This document shows positions 18,974 through 27,929 of a DNA stretch of 64,000 nt, one piece after another; within the stretch, counting starts at the first letter, position 1, and every line of letters begins with the position of its first letter. The stretch covers positions 36,967 to 100,966 of IMG/VR virus record IMGVR_UViG_3300033516_000084. The stretch is one strand, 5' to 3'. The stretch is from a virus. The notes beneath the pieces were generated by a model. The model made no database searches, was not told the DNA's origin, and saw only the letters and a program-made list of their open reading frames with translations. The position numbers and the translations under genes were made by a program.

Positions 18974-19225
18974 CTAACTGGGTAATTTCTCTGGCATGGG
19001 TTGGTGTGGCTCCACGATCAAACAGTATCGGCACTGGAAAGAAAAGCTGTCTTTCGTGTTCTCTGGCTGGCTGAGGCCCTTGTATGTTACCCACCCATCT
19101 TTTAGGCCGATAAGGTGTACGATGCTACCGCTTGAATCCTGCCAGCGTGAGCCTACTTTCAACACCTCTGGTGGGTAGATATGTTCGCATACGATATTGT
19201 TACCGTGGCTGGCCTGTATTCTCAT
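18974..19225 (-). CDS. hypothetical protein
   Basis: 83 aa ORF; VGSRW...KDSFSFQCRY. Confidence 0.55.
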   Translation of the reverse strand: MRIQASHGNNIVCEHIYPPEVLKVGSRWQDSSGSIVHLIGLKDGWVTYKGLSQPENTKDSFSFQCRYCLIVEPHQPMPEKLPS

Positions 19226-19276
19226 GCTGGTCTCATTAATTTAAGGGGTTAAGGGGTAGCTACCTACCCCGGTTAT

Positions 19277-19582
19277 TTACAGGCTGCGGGTCGTTACGAC
19301 AATATCACTGTCTTCCCATTGGGCATTAATCCACACCCCCGAATCGAGGTGTTCCATCCTGCCAAGTTTTCCGAGTAGCCGGGTGTGCCGGGTTTCTGAA
19401 ATGCTCTCAAATTGGATTGTCCACCCTTTACCGGCTTTGAATACCTGACGTTGCTTAGCAAGCACCGCTTCCTTCAACCAATTTTGGCGTGTGGGGTGCA
19501 GGGTGAGTGTAGCCGACGCTTCCGTCACCACCTCCTCGGGGAACAGCATCAACGTGGGGAAGGGGGTGATGGCATTAAGCAT
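19277..19582 (-). CDS. early cassette protein (paralog of 24524-24766)
   Basis: Own promoter and leader; shares QVFK.G.GWTIQ.E.IS.T and DSGVW..AQ with its paralog. Confidence 0.7.
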   Translation of the reverse strand: MLNAITPFPTLMLFPEEVVTEASATLTLHPTRQNWLKEAVLAKQRQVFKAGKGWTIQFESISETRHTRLLGKLGRMEHLDSGVWINAQWEDSDIVVTTRSL

Positions 19583-19662
19583 TTTCAGTCCTTTGAAATT
19601 GGTTGGTAAGCCTGTATTATATATCAGTTTATCAAGGTTTACAGGCTTTTGGAAAATATATT

Positions 19663-19896
19663 TTAGGCCCGTTCGCAGTGCAGGCCACCTGCCTTACCCA
19701 GGCTAAGAACGTAGTCCGGGTACTCATTGATTTGGTCAAGGTCCTTGGCGATATGAATCGCGGCTTCATATCCCTGACCGTAGCGGTGTAGTTCTGTAGC
19801 GGCCTTCAGGAATACCTCCTTGGCCTCACCGATACTACGGTATTTGTTGTAGTAGGGGTAGCCACACAGCGGGGCCATCAGGAAACAAGCAGCCAT
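19663..19896 (-). CDS. early cassette hypothetical protein
   Basis: Follows a class II promoter/leader. Confidence 0.65.
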   Translation of the reverse strand: MAACFLMAPLCGYPYYNKYRSIGEAKEVFLKAATELHRYGQGYEAAIHIAKDLDQINEYPDYVLSLGKAGGLHCERA

Positions 19897-19977
19897 TTTT
19901 CAGTCCTTTGAAGTTTGTGGTAAGCCTGTAGTATATCGCAGTTTGACAAGGTTTACAGGCTTTTGGAAAATATATTT

Positions 19978-21228
19978 TCACCCCAGCCTGAGGCCCAACA
20001 GGTCTTCTAGCTTGAATGCATGGTGTCTTCTCCAGCGTTTAGCAAGACCGAAGAATGCGGTCATGTCAGTCGAGGCCAAGGTATCCACGTCCGGGTGCCC
20101 TAGCTCTTTTGCCCGTTCGCCCAACCACTTGGTTTGATCACGCATGTCATCGTCAAACGAGGTGGTGGTTACAGCCTTTTCCTTGGAACAGTACCTCTTT
20201 TTTGCGTCACGGTAGGGATTGGCTTTTAGTACGGATGAGGGACTACTAGGGTAACTCTTGAACATCGACATAATCTCTTCTTCCTCCGTGGTAACAGTAA
20301 TTCCATGGGCCTTAACCACGTCCCAAGCCTCCTTACTGAGAGAATTTTTGTCCGGTACAACAATGGACTGAATATCCTTGACAGATACGCCTCCATGAAC
20401 TTGAGCCTCCATGTATGCAGCGGCCCGTGCCTCATTTACTGTTTTTGCCTCTGAAACCCTTGAGGCCACCGAATCTACATTAAATGCCCCTCTATAAACG
20501 TCCAGCCCAATCACACTGGCTAACTTTGGGTCAGTTACCTTTGAGGGCGGGTAAGCCACTTTGGTGTCGTTGTTGGAGGTCATCCCATTTACTGAGTCCC
20601 CACCGGTAAAGGTGGTGCGATCACGAACCTCGGGTTTGAGAGTCACCCTACTTCTTCCGTAGACCACAGCCCCAGAATTAGCCATCTCCATGGGTTTAGC
20701 CCCAGCACTGTGCAACACCCCATAGATTATGCTATGGGGTTTTTTAGCATCACCAAACATCAGCTTTTCGGCATTGGCCATTGCCTCTAAGATCGAGGGA
20801 TTCTTAGACTGTAGCTCCTGGGAGGTCTTAAAACCTCCACTTGTAAGTATGGTATTCAAGTCATCCTTGCCCGTATGTATCACCACCTTGGCATCCTTCA
20901 TCAGGGCAGAAAGGCTTTCCTGGGCTTTGTGTAGACCCTCTACATCTACCTCAGCTAGCTTATGCATCATGTTGGCCCGCTCCGCTAGCAAGTCCTTGTT
21001 TATGGGTGGCTCATTTTTTGTAGCCCCCTTTTTAGGGGCACCAAACATACTCACAAAGCCAGCCTTATCGCCTGTAGAGAACCTGCCTAGCCCGTCGTGA
21101 TACGGGTTGGCCTTTACTATGGTTTCCTGGGCGGGCAACAGGCTCTTATTTTGGAACAAAAAGCTATACATGGTAGTGCGGTGGATTAGGGTGTTAGAGT
21201 CTCCATTGTCCCACGCTAAGGCCCTCAT
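19978..21228 (-). CDS. DUF3626-like (putative ADP-ribosyltransferase-fold) effector with NPYH tags
   Basis: IYGVL, YGRSRVTLK, RTTFTGGDS and YMEAQVHGGV..KDI motifs; IVK-ANPYHDGLGRF and VLK-ANPYRD tags; likely start MYSFLF near 21171. Confidence 0.6.
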   Translation of the reverse strand: MRALAWDNGDSNTLIHRTTMYSFLFQNKSLLPAQETIVKANPYHDGLGRFSTGDKAGFVSMFGAPKKGATKNEPPINKDLLAERANMMHKLAEVDVEGLHKAQESLSALMKDAKVVIHTGKDDLNTILTSGGFKTSQELQSKNPSILEAMANAEKLMFGDAKKPHSIIYGVLHSAGAKPMEMANSGAVVYGRSRVTLKPEVRDRTTFTGGDSVNGMTSNNDTKVAYPPSKVTDPKLASVIGLDVYRGAFNVDSVASRVSEAKTVNEARAAAYMEAQVHGGVSVKDIQSIVVPDKNSLSKEAWDVVKAHGITVTTEEEEIMSMFKSYPSSPSSVLKANPYRDAKKRYCSKEKAVTTTSFDDDMRDQTKWLGERAKELGHPDVDTLASTDMTAFFGLAKRWRRHHAFKLEDLLGLRLG

Positions 21229-21348
21229 AGCACGCGCTAATCCGGTGCTGGCATATCGGTAAAGGAGTCTATGCAGTGGGCGTGTATAGCCATGTTTTCC
21301 CAGATGGTCAACTGCCCCTGGGGCGTGGGGCGTGGGGCCGGGGTTTGG

Positions 21349-21558
21349 TTATGCGAGGGCGCGAGACTCAGCAGCCTTGGCTTGTTTTTGGTAATACAAA
21401 AAGTCTTCAGTACCAACCACGGCATTGGCTGTCTGGATGTAGTAATCAGCGGCATCGGAATAGGCTGCGAAGATAGCCCAGTTCTCATCGCAGGCGTAGA
21501 GACCAGCGGCTGAGTTGCAGTCGTTGGCCTTACACATGTAATATTCGTAATCAGTCAT
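21349..21558 (-). CDS. early cassette helical protein, family copy 1
   Basis: MTDYEYYMCKANDCNSAA...GTEDF.YYQ.QA..AE.RALA; own promoter. Confidence 0.7.
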   Translation of the reverse strand: MTDYEYYMCKANDCNSAAGLYACDENWAIFAAYSDAADYYIQTANAVVGTEDFLYYQKQAKAAESRALA

Positions 21559-21774
21559 TTTCAATCCTTTGAAGGTGGAGGGTTTTGGTTGGTAAGCCAT
21601 TAGTATAACACAGTTTATCAAGGATTACATATATTTTAAAAATATATTTTCAGCCCAGGGTAGTGCATGGTGGGGCTATTTTCTCTGGCACTGGCAGGGC
21701 TTGCACTTGGGGGGGGGGTAAGGCTTTATTACATCAGGTTTTTACCGTTTGTCAAGATATTTACAAAATATATT

Positions 21775-21993
21775 TTAGAAAGCGAGAGCACGTTCCTCAG
21801 CCGACCAGGCTTGTTCTTGGTAGTACGAAAAGTCTTCAGTACCGATGGATGCGGCGGCTTGCTCAAAAGAAGCAGCGGCTTGTTCATAGGCACTGGCCGG
21901 TTTGGGTTGATCTTCCAACCGGTATTTGATGGCGGCAGCCGCACATTCTTTAGCTTTGCCAGTGTAATACTGGAAATCAGTAATCTCAGCCAT
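21775..21993 (-). CDS. early cassette helical protein, family copy 2
   Basis: ITDFQYYTGKAKECAAAA...GTEDFSYYQEQAWSAEERALA. Confidence 0.7.
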   Translation of the reverse strand: MAEITDFQYYTGKAKECAAAAIKYRLEDQPKPASAYEQAAASFEQAAASIGTEDFSYYQEQAWSAEERALAF

Positions 21994-22132
21994 TTTTCAC
22001 TCCGTTGAAAGGTTAAGGGGTTATTGAAGCCAATCCCTTGTGTTTTTTAGCCAGATCACCCACCACACCGGGACGGTAGGGTTTTTTTCGGCTTAGGTAA
22101 TCAATTCGTCGCTCACTCCTTTGAGTTGGTTA

Positions 22133-22154
22133 AAAAAGGGGGGTATCACCCCCG
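22133..22154 (-). terminator. rho-independent terminator
   Basis: GGGGGTGATACCCCCC followed by TTTTTT on the minus strand. Confidence 0.7.
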
Positions 22155-22382
22155 GTGGCCGTTTATGTATGCCACTTTACCCCCCCGCCTTCTACTCAGT
22201 TTCCACTCGGCAGGGGGGCCGCGAGGAAGCGTTGAGTCCAATTACTTCATTTTCATGTACTCCTTTTTAGGTTAGTGGGTTTTTGCTGGGATGCAGCTAT
22301 TATAGCGCAGTTTGACAAGGTTTTACACGTTTTTGAAAATATATTTTCAATCCTCGTATTCGTGTTCTTCCTCAGCAGCCTA

Positions 22383-22775
22383 TTAGTAGTCAGACTCAAA
22401 AATGGTTGAGATTTGGGCGTATCCGGTGACATAGATCATCCCATCTGAATACCCGAAGGTCGTTGGCGCGGTGATCACCAGCTTGTGCATCGACTGCTCG
22501 ACACCCTCACGGGTTCCGTATTCGACTGGTACCAGACCAATCAGGCCAGCATCCACCCCGTACTCACGTCCGTGGTCATCATCGAAGCTGCCATCACCGT
22601 AAGCGGTGCTGCTGGCGTACACCTTGAAGCCCTTGATCGCCCCCTCTGGCTGCTCAAAATACTCACAGGATTCCAATAGGTCACTCCAGTCCTCTGAGGG
22701 CACGGCATAGCACGGGTCACCTAAATAATACTCACCAGCGGGGATAACGATTTCAAAATTTTTGGTTTGTGACAT
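22383..22775 (-). CDS. conserved phage hypothetical protein
   Basis: GEYYLGDPCY, STAYGDGSF and VDAGLIGLVP motifs; class II promoter. Confidence 0.75.
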   Translation of the reverse strand: MSQTKNFEIVIPAGEYYLGDPCYAVPSEDWSDLLESCEYFEQPEGAIKGFKVYASSTAYGDGSFDDDHGREYGVDAGLIGLVPVEYGTREGVEQSMHKLVITAPTTFGYSDGMIYVTGYAQISTIFESDY

Positions 22776-23205
22776 TTTCAATCCTTTGAAGCTGTTTGGT
22801 TGGTAAGCCTTGAGTATAGCACGGTTTATCAAGGTTTTTACACGATTTGAAAATATATTTTTCTACTTCTGGCTGGCGTAGTACTTCTGGCGGGCACGAA
22901 TCTCTTGGTTAGCTAGGTCGATAATGTCTTCATGGCCGTTGTCTGTGATGTACTTGGTAGCTCTAACTACCCCCTTAGGGCGGCTAGTGATGCTATGGGC
23001 AAATCCTTGTACCTGGCAATGACACTGACGGTATTTCTGCTGGCCAAGGCAACGATGTGTGCGGCCTCTTGTTCTTCAGTGCGTGGGGGTAGGAGGCAAA
23101 AACTCCTGGGGATGCATGGTGTGGTCTGTGTGGTTCATAATAATCATTATAGGGGTCGGTAGTTTACTACCAACCACAGCCCCGTTTCCGGGGCGTTGGC
23201 GTGGC

Positions 23206-23559
23206 CTAGGACTCGTCTTGTTCTTCAGCGGGTTCGCTGGAAAGGTCGGTCCAGTAAAGGATTATGTCACGACCCATACTGTCTTGTTTGAAGTCGAGCA
23301 AGACTTCCACCGCTTTATTGAAGTCGTAAAGGGAGCGATCACCCTTACCATCATCTACCCCTCGTACCAGATCATCGGCCATTTTCTTGACAACCTCGGT
23401 AATGAGGTTCATGCAGTTGGATAATGAGCCGGTAATGCCTACGCACTCGGAGCCGTACATCCCACGTCCGCTGTAGGAGTCGCGGAACTGCACGTCCTCG
23501 GTTTCGCCGCACAGGGCTTCAAGGTTTACGAGCAGAGTGGCAGTGGTGTTTGCATTCAT
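23206..23559 (-). CDS. conserved phage hypothetical protein
   Basis: YSGRGMYGSECVGI...DSMGRDIILYW motif; class II promoter. Confidence 0.75.
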   Translation of the reverse strand: MNANTTATLLVNLEALCGETEDVQFRDSYSGRGMYGSECVGITGSLSNCMNLITEVVKKMADDLVRGVDDGKGDRSLYDFNKAVEVLLDFKQDSMGRDIILYWTDLSSEPAEEQDES

Positions 23560-23772
23560 CTTCAGTCCTTTGAAAGTTTGGGGGGGGTAAGCGGCTTTTT
23601 AGGGCCTGGGGTAATTATATATCAGTTTGCCAAGGTTTTAACTGATTTTGAAAATATATTTTTCAGGCTTTGAAAATATATTTTCGCCCACCTACGGCTG
23701 TCTGTACCCCAAGTGCATGGTGGGGGCTAAAAACCATGCCCCGGATTTCCGGGCTTTGGTCTGGGGGCAGGA

Positions 23773-24087
23773 TTAGACGAATCCAAGAACGGCAGTGACA
23801 TGGCCTTCTGCGTTGCGGATAGCGTCCTTTCCGGTGTCGGGGCCGACAACATCTGGGCGTGTGCCGCGAAGTTCGCCCAAGACCATGCCGCTGACAACAT
23901 AGATCGTGTCGTCAGCCGGTGCTGGCAGGTCGATGACTGGGCCGATTACTTGGCGTGTGAGCCGGATGCCGCCAATGTCAGGGCAGGGTGTACGGGTGAC
24001 TGAACAGCGGGCGATGATGCCCGACTTTTCCAGCGTGCCGAGGCCGACAACGGTGATGGCGTGGGGTGTGCAGTTGATGAAGTTCAT
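23773..24087 (-). CDS. conserved phage hypothetical protein
   Basis: INCTPHAIT...SGIIAR...LPAP...YVVS...RPDVV.PDTG..AIRN..G pattern. Confidence 0.75.
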   Translation of the reverse strand: MNFINCTPHAITVVGLGTLEKSGIIARCSVTRTPCPDIGGIRLTRQVIGPVIDLPAPADDTIYVVSGMVLGELRGTRPDVVGPDTGKDAIRNAEGHVTAVLGFV

Positions 24088-24155
24088 ATTCAATCCTTCT
24101 AGGGTTGTGCAATTGATTGCAGCCCATTTTGTGGGCCGCGAGTAGGGTAGTGAGG

Positions 24156-24371
24156 CTACGCCTTCTTGGTGAGTTTTGGGGCCTGTTTAGGGGCTGGCGT
24201 GGTGGGTTTTGGAGTCGGAATCGCTTTCACTATGTTGAATGACCGGATGGCCCCCACGGTATTCACCGCCAATCCGCTGCAAGCGGTATCCCGAAACTCG
24301 GTAGTACCGTCCGGGTGCTTGCACTGGTAAATGTTTGCGCTGGCTGCGCTGGACGCGAGGGATTTACGCAT
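24156..24371 (-). CDS. DUF4124-like small protein
   Basis: ANIYQCKHPDGTTEFRDTAC resembles the IYxCxDxxGxxxFxDxPC motif. Confidence 0.5.
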   Translation of the reverse strand: MRKSLASSAASANIYQCKHPDGTTEFRDTACSGLAVNTVGAIRSFNIVKAIPTPKPTTPAPKQAPKLTKKA

Positions 24372-24494
24372 TTTTCAGTCCTTTGAAGGTTTTGCTGGGA
24401 TGCCGCTAGTATAGCGCAGTTTGCCAATGTTTTAACTTATTTTGAAAATATATTTTCAACCCACCACCGGGTGCATGGTGCGGCCCTGGGTGCA

Positions 24495-24520
24495 AAAAAA
24501 CCCGGTTGTCCGGGCGGGGG
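24495..24520 (-). terminator. rho-independent terminator (repeated; similar copies at about 26540 and 27188)
   Basis: CCCGGACAACCGGG followed by TTTTTTT on the minus strand. Confidence 0.75.
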
Positions 24521-24523
24521 CGG

Positions 24524-24766
24524 TTAGCGTAGCGGCTGAGTGCCGGTGATGATAGACCCCGAGCGGGTGTATTGAGCGGTTACCCACACCCCGGAGTCCT
24601 CTTGTTGGGTGCGTCCGATTTTGCCGATGCAGCGGCGAATAAGCGTGTCCGATATATGTTCGGATTGGATTGTCCACCCACGACCCGGTTGGAATACCCG
24701 GCGTTGCTCCTCAAGCAAGGCCAAAAAGAGCCACTGGGCTTTGGTGGGTGTGTCGTTTGCTTGCAT
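24524..24766 (-). CDS. early cassette protein (paralog of 19277-19582)
   Basis: RVFQPGRGWTIQSEHISDT...DSGVWVTAQ. Confidence 0.7.
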   Translation of the reverse strand: MQANDTPTKAQWLFLALLEEQRRVFQPGRGWTIQSEHISDTLIRRCIGKIGRTQQEDSGVWVTAQYTRSGSIITGTQPLR

Positions 24767-24950
24767 TGCAGTCCTTGGTAGTGGTTGGTAAGCCTTGATT
24801 ATACGCCAGTTTGACAAGGTTTTACTCATTTTTTTGGGTGGTAGAAAAGATATTTTCGCCCTCTGTGGCTGTAGTGGACTCCTCCTATGGCTTGCATGGT
24901 GCGTGCCTGGGGCACAAAAAAGCCACCGACAGGTGGCTAGTTGGGAGAGC

Positions 24951-25202
24951 TTAGACTCTTACGGTGTCTTCGCTGTAGCCGAAGCTGCGGAGGTGTTTGC
25001 AGTCATTTTTGCGGCCAGTTGCCGGGTTAATCTTTGCAAAGACCCAGCCCTTGCAAGAGCAACGCCTGTTAGTGGTGTCCACCCGGTACTCGGCAGTGCC
25101 GGAGGCACTGGGAATTGTGAAGACCGCATAGCTGGGCTGACCAGCGTAAGCGCTGTTCACGATTTCGGTGGAGATAATCCGGGGGGTGTAAGAAGTAGCC
25201 AT
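24951..25202 (-). CDS. SWIM zinc-finger-like protein
   Basis: S.SG...YRV...CSCKGW...CKH pattern. Confidence 0.7.
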   Translation of the reverse strand: MATSYTPRIISTEIVNSAYAGQPSYAVFTIPSASGTAEYRVDTTNRRCSCKGWVFAKINPATGRKNDCKHLRSFGYSEDTVRV

Positions 25203-25633
25203 TTTCAGTCCTTTGAAAGTTTGGGGGGGGTAAGCGGCTTTTTAGGGCCTGGGGTAATTATATATCAGTTTGCCAAGGTTTTAACTGATTTTGAAAATAT
25301 ATTTTCACTTCTTCTGGCTGGCGGCATCCTCTCCTCAAGGGTGTTGCATGGTGCAATTAATTGCACTCGTCCACACCCAAAATGCGTGGGTATTCTCCAC
25401 CAAAACGTGGCTGTGTTCTGGTTTTCAGTGCTTAAAAATTAGGCAGAAAACACGGGGTTTTGACTTCCAGTGCTACGGCTTGCATAGCACTAATTGAAGC
25501 GCACCCAAATCGCGTTGGGGGCAGCAGGTGGCAGTCGGTGGGAGATATTAGGACAGGTGCTTATTTTTTTGTGTGCCGGGCTTGTACACCCCTTGCCAGT
25601 GCAATTAATTGCAGTTGGCAAGTGCAATTAATT

Positions 25634-25912
25634 TCACATCAGGCGCAGGTAGTTCTTGATCGTCCTCTTGCGGGTAGGGGTGTCGCTAAGTCTCACCCAG
25701 CCCTCGGTGTACTTCATATCCTCTGCAAAGGCGGCAATAAAGTCGCGGGGGGTAAGCCAGCTTTTACCTGCATTGTTTTTGTGGTCTCCCAATATGTCGG
25801 CACCCGCTAGTTGCAGTTTGTCGATCTTCTCCATGGCCCTGGCCTTGGCATCATCAAGCAATTCCGTAACCCTTTTTTTCAAATCGTCCATAGATTCTTG
25901 GTCGTAGTCCAT
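25634..25912 (-). CDS. hypothetical protein
   Basis: Helical 92 aa ORF from MDYDQES. Confidence 0.55.
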   Translation of the reverse strand: MDYDQESMDDLKKRVTELLDDAKARAMEKIDKLQLAGADILGDHKNNAGKSWLTPRDFIAAFAEDMKYTEGWVRLSDTPTRKRTIKNYLRLM

Positions 25913-26202
25913 GAGCTTCTTTCGTGTGTGGGTGGTGGGGTAGGGTGGGCAGGTGGACTGGGTGTCGCTGTGGGCCTTTGTAGGCCCTTGGACTACTTGC
26001 GTACAAACCCGGATATGCAAAATTTTCCGCGTGGCAGGTTGTAGTCGAACTCTCACGTCACGTCAATTTCCTCATCGTTGATTGTCACGGTTTCAACGCT
26101 TGTATATGTACTCATTTTGCATTCCTTTGCTTTTTGGTTGGTAAGCCTTGATTATAGCGTAGTTTTTCAAGGTTTACCATCTGTTTGAAAATATATTTTC
26201 TA

Positions 26203-26409
26203 TTATGCGAGAGCGCGGTACTCAGCCGACTGAGCTTGTTCTTGCAGGTAGGAAAATTCGGGAGTGCCCACGGCTCCAGCAGCACGTGTGTAATAGTGGG
26301 CAGCGTCCATCCACACGCTGGCGCTGGCATGGTCATCCGACATGCTGGCATCGGCGGCGGCTGAGTTGCAGTCGTTGGCCTTACACATGTAATATTCGTA
26401 ATCAGTCAT
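26203..26409 (-). CDS. early cassette helical protein, family copy 3
   Basis: The first 18 codons and the promoter/leader are essentially identical to 21349-21625. Confidence 0.7.
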   Translation of the reverse strand: MTDYEYYMCKANDCNSAAADASMSDDHASASVWMDAAHYYTRAAGAVGTPEFSYLQEQAQSAEYRALA

Positions 26410-26571
26410 TTTCAATCCTTTGAAGGTGGAGGGTTTTGGTTGGTAAGCCATTAGTATAACACAGTTTATCAAGGTTTTAACTGCGGTTGAAAATATATTT
26501 TTCAACCCCCTGAGGCAGTGCATGGTGCGGTCTGGGGCGTAAAAAAAGCCCGGACAATCGGGCTGGTGGGG

Positions 26572-26757
26572 TTAGGTGTGTTTAGCGCAGGGTGTCCACC
26601 CGGTGGTCAGGGTCACCATCTTCTTTTCGGTGCGTGGTGCGGGCCTGCCGTTGATGTGGCGAACCACGCAGGTAGGGCAGATGCTGGTGTACCGGTAGCG
26701 TACAGCAGCATCTGCTGTGGGCCCTTGCGGGTTGATTATATCGTGTATTGTTGGCAT
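26572..26757 (-). CDS. small CxxC protein
   Basis: Follows a TTCAAAGGACTGAA leader. Confidence 0.55.
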   Translation of the reverse strand: MPTIHDIINPQGPTADAAVRYRYTSICPTCVVRHINGRPAPRTEKKMVTLTTGWTPCAKHT

Positions 26758-26813
26758 TTCAGTCCTTTGAAAAAGTGAGATAAACCCACCCGGTGGGTGG
26801 GTGGGTGTGGGGA

Positions 26814-27056
26814 TTAAGAAGGGATAAGGTTAGCGGTAACCCAGGCTTTAGCAGCAGTGAGGTTTTCGAGTTTGGGGGAAATAGGGTGGAGCGCATTATT
26901 GCGGATTGTGGGGCCGCAAACCTCGCAGTTAGGGGAAGCAGGGTAGAGGAAAATTTTGGCGTGGATTTCACCGGAGTCGGTTGAGCACACTTGGATTTGC
27001 GGGTCGCTGGTTGGGTAAAATGAAAAAAGGGCGCAGGGGGCGGGAGATGCTTGCAT
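26814..27056 (-). CDS. early cassette hypothetical protein
   Basis: Class II promoter/leader. Confidence 0.6.
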   Translation of the reverse strand: MQASPAPCALFSFYPTSDPQIQVCSTDSGEIHAKIFLYPASPNCEVCGPTIRNNALHPISPKLENLTAAKAWVTANLIPS

Positions 27057-27240
27057 TTTCAATCCTTTGAAGGTGGAGGGTTTTGGTTGGTAAGACTTGA
27101 TTATAGCGCAGTTTATCAAGGTTTTAACTGCGGTTGAAAATATATTTTTCAACCCCCTAGGGCGGTGCATGGTGTGGCCCTGGGCGTAAAAAAAGCCCGG
27201 ACAACCGGGCGGGTGTGCAATTGGTTGCACACCGGGTTAC

Positions 27241-27543
27241 TCAGTAGGGTTCGTAGTCGGGTTCGTAGTCGGGTTCGTTAAACTCGGGACCATCGACCTC
27301 TTGGCTTTCGAGGGCCGCAATTTCCAAGTCGATGATTTGGTCGTCATCGAGTTGGGAGTACACGTCGAGACCATCGGCAGTTTTTGCCGTGCAGAGAGTC
27401 ATCTCCTCGGGTTCGTCCGGTTCTTGTTGGAGGCCATCGCGGTAAGAGCCACGATCTGCTGGTGTGTAGTCGAATACACAGGTTACTTCCACTTCCTCGT
27501 CGTTGAGGGTTACAGTGGCTTCGGTGGTGTAAGAGCTTGTCAT
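27241..27543 (-). CDS. highly acidic small protein
   Basis: Asp/Glu-rich with a C-terminal EPDY tandem repeat; own promoter. Confidence 0.7.
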   Translation of the reverse strand: MTSSYTTEATVTLNDEEVEVTCVFDYTPADRGSYRDGLQQEPDEPEEMTLCTAKTADGLDVYSQLDDDQIIDLEIAALESQEVDGPEFNEPDYEPDYEPY

Positions 27544-27929
27544 GTCAGTCCTTTGAAAAATGGGGGGAAGGGGTGGGATTTTTAGGGCCTGGGGTAATTA
27601 TATATCAGTTTGACAAGGTTTTAACACGGGTTGAAAATATATTTTCGCCCTCCTGTGGTCGCACTGGGTGGCTGCATGGTGCAATTGGTTGCACACCCCG
27701 TGGTGGTGTGCAGAAAATCTAGTGTGGGTGTACACACAGGTGTCATACTTGACTGTTGGAACCTTAACCAAGGCGCTAGAATCACTCATTTCAAATCCCC
27801 AAAGTTAGTCACCAGCCATAATAATTCCTGGTAGACCAGTGGGGACTGGTGCGGCGTACCGCAACTACTAGGGCTGATGATCGACATATACAAGTTGGGC
27901 TACCAGACCCAGCTTGTATTACAGTTGGA

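Larger units (their letters stand above)
21664..27681 (+). repeat. TGCATGGTG box at cassette junctions (9 copies)
   Basis: At 21664, 23113, 23714, 24472, 24893, 25345, 26519, 27166 and 27673; most lie between a terminator and the next promoter's AT palindrome. Confidence 0.75.

Noticed and set aside
21559-27230. ORF-track N-terminal extensions such as MINCVILMAYQPKPSTFKGLK shared by several ORFs
   Set aside because: These are translations of the repeated promoter/leader DNA; true starts follow the AAAGGA RBS.
27241-27280. 12-bp tandem repeat
   Set aside because: A short coding repeat (EPDY) with no evidence of a separate function.
19583-27700. CRISPR array or integron suggested by regularly recurring repeats
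   Set aside because: The repeats are degenerate promoter/leader blocks separated by whole genes of variable length; no cas genes, integrase or attC-like structure seen.
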